Positions 59,301 through 64,000 of a DNA stretch of 64,000 nt are shown piece after piece. A program made the position numbers and the translations under genes. Every line of letters begins with the position of its first letter. Position 1 is the first letter of the stretch. The notes beneath the pieces were generated by a model. The model did not search any database, had not been told where the DNA came from, and saw only the letters and a list, made by a program, of their open reading frames with translations. Source of the stretch: Raillietiella orientalis (Eukaryota); contig JAYWIR010000008.1 in NCBI GenBank assembly GCA_036172245.1, positions 2,170,001 to 2,234,000 of the forward strand. The letters are read 5' to 3'.

Positions 59301-62300
59301 GAAGGGCTCCTGATTCCTGGAAGGACCCCAGAGGACCAGCATTGGCAACCGAGGGTTTCCGGCCTTTACCGAAGACCGTGGGCCAGCCAGCGTCATCTTG
59401 CGAGAGGAGACTTGAAACCCACAACAACGCACCCCTTGTTTTCGATCCTTTCTTCCACGGGCGGGATTCAAACCCGCAACGCTCGGTGCCATTCGCGCGG
59501 ACAGCCGCAGCCACGCGGCCGCCAATGCGGAGTGAATTCCTCTCTCCCAGTCCACCGACGCGGAACAACGGCCCACAACCTGCTGGTGCCGACCGCCCGG
59601 GAGCGAAAAGCCCGGCCCAGCTCTCGAACTTTTGCTCTCCCGGCTAGACGGAGGAGGAGGCCTGCGCGACCTGCCCTTCTTTCCCTCCTGCGGAGCAGGG
59701 ACGGCCGACCTTTCTCCACGCCTCGAGAAAAACGCTGCACTCGTTCACCTGGAGCGTCCAGCATCCTCCCCCGCCTTTCACTGGAACCCCCCCCCCTCCG
59801 ATGAGGCCATTCACTTTCCTCCACCAGGAGAGAAGTGTGATGCCGACGTCGCCTGCGGCAGAAGCCTCTGGGAAGACGGCGGCCGTCTCCTCCCGAGAGC
59901 TGCAGAGAGCAGGAAGGCGAAGGGCCGGGCGGCATTGCCCCCGAAAGCGTGGCTCCTCGTGGGCCGCTCTGCACGCCGCCGAGACGGCGACTCCACGACT
60001 ACGCGCTCTCCGAACTCCTGTCCTGTCCCTGCGCAGCTTCGCTCAGCTCCCTTTTCCGCGGGTTACGGACTCGACCTCCTCTCAAATTCTTCCATTCTCC
60101 TCATTCGCCGGGTGGCTTCCCGTCCCGGGTCTCTCCGGGTTCGAAGGGCGCGTGTCGATCGCAAGGAGTGGGTTCCCTGCTTACGAAGCAGGGGCGGGTT
60201 GAATTTCCGAGAAGCGAAAGGGTGCCCCCACGATGCGCCGAGCTCTCACCCTACGAGGCACCGGATCGGGGATTCTCGGAAGGTCAGGAGGTTCGTTTCC
60301 GAAGCCACAGCAGCCACTCGAGCCACGTTCCGATATTTGCCCCTTCGAAGGGCTGCGTAGCCACTCGGTCATGGAAGGGCTGGGAGCGAACTCACTCTCC
60401 CTTTCGCGTTCCCGTCCTCCCCTTTCGCGGTCCGGACAGTCCGGAGCTGGGGTGGCTGCCCTCCCCTTTCCCCACCCCACACTCCCTTGGCGATTCGCGA
60501 CGGGGCTGCTTCCGCGCCGACAGGGGAGAGGCGACCTCGAAAGGGTTCGAACCGGAAGGGAAGCGCCCACCCCCAAGTCAGAGAAGGCACACGGGGCTTC
60601 GTGGAGCCGGGGAGGCTCCCTGCCGGTTCCTCACCCCAGAGGAAGGGCATGGCGCGGCTCCAGGCTCCCCGCCAACCATCGTGGACTGCTCCAATGCATG
60701 GGCGTGCGCGCAGCTTCGTGACCACCTGTCCAAACGGAAGAAGAGCGCAGCGCCCCAGGAAATTTTGGTCAGATGTGACCGACCTCCTCCCTTTCCCTCT
60801 TCGCGGCACGCGCACGGATGTAGGGGAGGGGAGAGGAGGAGTTTCTAAGGAGACGGTCTGCTATGGAGACTGTTCGGTCCGGACTTGCGTGAAATCAAGG
60901 CGGAGTGAGCAAGTGGAAGAGAAAGGGGGAAGGAGGGGGAGAGAGCTTGAGGTGGGAGGTCACACAGCTTCAGGGAAGCGTTCGGACGCCTCCTCGTTCG
61001 TTCCGCCCCTTTCCAGTCTGCGGGCAGGCATTCTCACACCGGGTCGTGAGCGAGGGGGAGAGGTCGCGCGTAGCCCTGCTCAGTGAATGTCGCGCGCCAG
61101 CGGAGGCTCTTCGTCCGAATTCGCCTGAGGGCAAAGGGGAAGGCACTGCAATGAGCTTCCGGGCACTCCCAGGCGGGAGCGCCGCCGAGCGTTCCTGTTC
61201 CCCTCTTTCCCTCCTTCTCTTCCCTTGGTTCTCGGAGCTGTATTCCCCACTCTTGAAGGAGAAGAGAGAGCACTCGGAGCTGCCGTAGCGTCGACTCTAG
61301 GGCGACAAGCCGCTTCGTCGCCAAAGGCTGCGGAGTTTCGACTCGTCGGGAGCTACGCGGGAGCGTCTCCTCCTCCCACCCGAGGGGCGGGCGGGAGCAG
61401 CACTGAAGGGGAAAGAAATGCCAGAGGACCGTGACGTGATGACCTGCTCGGGTCGGCAAGGGAGGAAGAAAGGATCCACCCGAAAAAAAGGAGGCGAAGA
61501 ACTGGCCTCCCACGGGACTGGGAGGAGGACCCCGGGTCGCCACAACCTCAAGTGCACTCCACTCCCCAGAGTCCCGGATTAGGGGACATTTGAGGGGGCC
61601 AGAAGCAGCGACCCTTGAACCGAAATCGTCTCAGGGGCCGATAGTTCCACTCCCCCATCAGCAAGGGAGTGCCCTTTGCTGATGCCCTCCGAAAGCCCTC
61701 GAGCGAGGCCCCTTCGTCCGCGCATCTTCCAGGACTGTACTCGGGAAAAAGGCAGCAGCCACATTTGCCTCCCTTCCCAGTGCCAGGAAGAAAGTAGAGA
61801 ATCCGCCCTTGCCGGAAGAGTGACGCGTGGGAAGAAGAAAAGCTTACCTTGTGCGAGTGCCAGCGCCGGCGCGTACACCACGATGGATATGTACATCGTC
61901 TAAGGAAGAAAACACCCCGTCTTTGGCGTGTGTGCGAGGCGAGACGGAATAGGGGAAAGGAGGGGACAGAGAAGCAGACTTTACCATTTGCACGATGAAG
62001 ATGACGGATGCTATGCATCTGGTCCAGATGTTGAAGCGCAGCTCGAGGTACTGGAGGAAGAAGAAAAAAAACAACGATGAAAAGAAAGGGAAACGACCAG
62101 GGAAGGAAGGAAAGAGAGAAAGCTACGTGGGACGTGGGTTGCACACAGCTGAGGGCGCACGAGGGAACCACGCCACTTCTGCCCTACGGGAAGGGTAAGA
62201 AGAAAGCTATATGGAATTGCGGCAGCGAGTGAGGACAGGAGAAAGGAATTGAGGTGGCTGATGTTGCTGGTGATGGAGAGAACGGCAATGATCAGGATGG

Positions 62301-62650
62301 GAATGAGGAATGAGGGAGGGAGAAGGAAGGAAGAGGAGAAGGAGGGAAGGATGGAGGAGAACGAGGAGGGAAGGAAGAGAGAACGAGAAGGGAAATAAGA
62401 GAGAACGAGGAGGGAGCAAGCAAGAGGAGAAACAGGAGGAAGGGAAGGAAGAGGGGAGAAAGAGGAAGAGTGGGAGAAAGGGGGACTCACCTGGTAAACT
62501 GACGTGTAGGAGAGGCGAAAGAAGACCGGTGCGTAGAAGAGCGAAGTGATGATCAGCATCAGCACGATGGAGATGGAGGTGTAGGCAAACATGGTGCCGT
62601 ACTGGTAGAACTCAACTGGCACCCCTAGCAACGTGATGGCGGACATGAAG
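47306..62650 (-). CDS. SLC5 sodium:solute symporter, SMCT/SMVT/NIS (SLC5A5/6/8/12-like) group; 11 internal exons, ~498 codons; first exon(s) not found in the window
   Basis: Exons 62650-62491, 62050-61985, 61899-61848, 55320-55253, 50620-50466, 50397-50257, 49607-49389, 49282-49099, 47882-47796, 47743-47586 and 47510-47306, all GT-AG with consistent phases. Hallmark motifs [111 protein letters not shown] and LYRVSYMWY. Confidence 0.95.
47996..48343. mobile_element. pogo/Tigger-type MITE (348 bp) in an SLC5 intron
   Basis: Perfect 20-bp TIRs cagtggtacctcggtactcg / cgagtaccgaggtaccactg. TA on the left and TG (mutated TA) on the right; no coding capacity. Confidence 0.9.
53353..53372. repeat. 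(GC)8 dinucleotide run forming a perfect palindrome
   Basis: ttgcgcgcgcgcgcgcgcaa seen directly. Confidence 0.85.
55500..56125 (-). mobile_element. Copy 3 of the long tRNA-headed SINE-like repeat
   Basis: B-box gaattcgaacc (56065-56075; reverse complement GGTTCGAATTC) and blocks ccgttctcgg..gatcctt, cttgattcctggaaggaccc and acactctggaga shared with copies 2 and 4. The distal boundary is approximate. Confidence 0.7.
58546..59523 (-). mobile_element. Copy 4 (longest) of the tRNA-headed SINE-like repeat
   Basis: B-box ggattcaaacc (59464-59474) and head gccacgcggccgcc. Body ctgattcctggaaggaccc and cacactctggagaggtgt. The end ttcaagttaagggg...ctatgaatccaggaagggctcc matches 44717-44772. Confidence 0.75.
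62300..62484 (+). repeat. GA-rich purine tract (low complexity)
   Basis: ~180 nt almost entirely G/A. On the SLC5 sense strand it is a polypyrimidine tract starting right after the donor at 62490. Confidence 0.8.
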
Positions 62651-64000
62651 CTGCAATGAGAAGACAACAGGAGAGAGGAAGAGAAGGAGGGGACTGCTCC
62701 CTGATTCCCTCTCGCTGAGGGAGGTGTGGGGCTGTGTGAGCACAAGGCGCACTCCTTCTCTGGAAAGACTGAAGAGGAAAATCGGGGAAGGGACGAAGAG
62801 GGAGCGAGATGTGACGAACACTTTCATGTCCAGATGGAGCCATCCTATGTCGGGGTGCTGTGAAGATGAGGTGGCGTCCCGTTCGAGGAGGAGGCAACGA
62901 AGAAAGTTCTGTTGGCTCTCTCTTGGGAGCTGCTACACTTAAGTTTTCATCTACCAGAGCTCGTGCCTCCCCATCGGGAGCTCAAGGAGCTCCTCATCCT
63001 CTCTCTCTTTCAGGCCCCACTCCCCTATCCACCTACTTTCTTCCTCAGCCAGTGGAAGGAGAGTGGATCTGGAGGGACTGCTTTCCTCAGGAGATCTTCT
63101 GCGCCTCTACGGTTCCTTCTGCGGCCGCATACGCTTCCTCGTCCCACCCCACCCACACTCCTGCACGCGCCTCTTCCACAGCGGTGAGCAGACTCTTGGG
63201 GTTTCCTGCCTTCTTGATCCTTCCCTTGCGTCTTTGAACGCTGCTGATTAGGGATTCTGACCTATCGCTCGTGCCTTCCGAGGTTCCTTAGCAACCCTCC
63301 TGGAAGTCGGCGGGAGAAAGAATCCCGGACGTCTTTCGTCCGCGGGAGTGGGAGAAGCGGACAGAGGGTCGAGGTGGGTGCGGACACACGCGCCACCTCC
63401 CATCGTCCGGCCGCGGAAGAAGACCGGACGCGTGCTCCAAGCCGCAGCATTCCATGCATCCCGGAGCAGAAGCGCCTGCAGGAGTTCACGAGGACGCATC
63501 CCCAAAACAAAAGCGGAAAACACAGAGGGAGAGGGAGGGATGGGATCTCCCGGCGCTGCTTCGTGGACCCGGGGAATCCTCGCTGCGCTGGACTCCCCAG
63601 AAACACGCGTTTCCTTCGATAGTCCATGTCCCGCAGTGATGGGTGGAAAAGGCGACCCGCCGGCTTCGGGGCGGCGCGCGGTTCCAGGGCCGTCCTCACT
63701 GCCGTCCCGGGAGCGGGAGTCGAGCCGCGTGAAGATCGGAGACCCATGAGGGTGGGCGCCGGCAACGGCAACGCCCGTGGAGGAACCTGCATCCCATGGG
63801 TGGGGTCCATTTGGACGGTCCCCATTCCAGAGACAGCCCTTTCCCTCCGCAACCCTCAGGAGGCGCCTGGGGTTCCAGCGGGCGCCAGCAGGCGGCTCGG
63901 CGGTCCAGCATCTCTCAGGTCTGCAAGTGGAGGACGCGCGGACTTAGGGAATCGATCTCGGAACGGGTTGTTGGGGGGGGAGGGGGGGCAATCAGCTACT

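Noticed and set aside
63380..63440. First SLC5 exon (FFRGRTMG resembles the GGR.M motif)
   Set aside because: It lacks the following PVA.SL.AS motif and a phase-2 donor. The true first exon is probably beyond the window.
11400..64000. Hundreds of overlapping 60-350 aa ORFs rich in R/P/S/G/A
   Set aside because: Expected stop-codon scarcity in GC-rich DNA. They overlap on all frames and carry no domain motifs; only segments with splice sites and family motifs were kept.

Overview
Eukaryotic, intron-containing and repeat-rich DNA from a metazoan, probably an arthropod or other invertebrate. Most ORFs in the supplied track are GC-rich shadow ORFs; the real genes are spliced and I rebuilt them by hand from GT-AG junctions and phase. 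Genes: (1) the last three exons of NDUFA10 (+, 1058-3291); (2) a 7-exon, ~690-aa coiled-coil gene resembling a divergent CCDC40 (+, 13891-24622); (3) a convergent orphan gene with a signal anchor and coiled coil (-, 25346-27623); (4) 11 phase-consistent exons of an SLC5 sodium:solute symporter of the SMCT/SMVT/NIS group (-, 47306-62650). Mobile DNA: a defective hAT transposon with TIRs and an 8-bp TSD (6082-8785), four decayed Tx1/L1-clade LINE pieces, pogo/Tigger-type MITEs, and four copies of a long tRNA-headed SINE-like repeat. Most unusual structures: a ~5-kb tail-to-tail quasi-palindrome (LINE 3' end + conserved hairpin + GC spacer + AT-rich repeat arm, 33200-38540); an inverted ~100-nt copy of an exon/donor junction in a downstream intron of the same gene; three 369-nt phase-0 exons; and a cUUCGg hairpin array in the SINE body. 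All homology calls come from motif recognition by eye; no searches were run.
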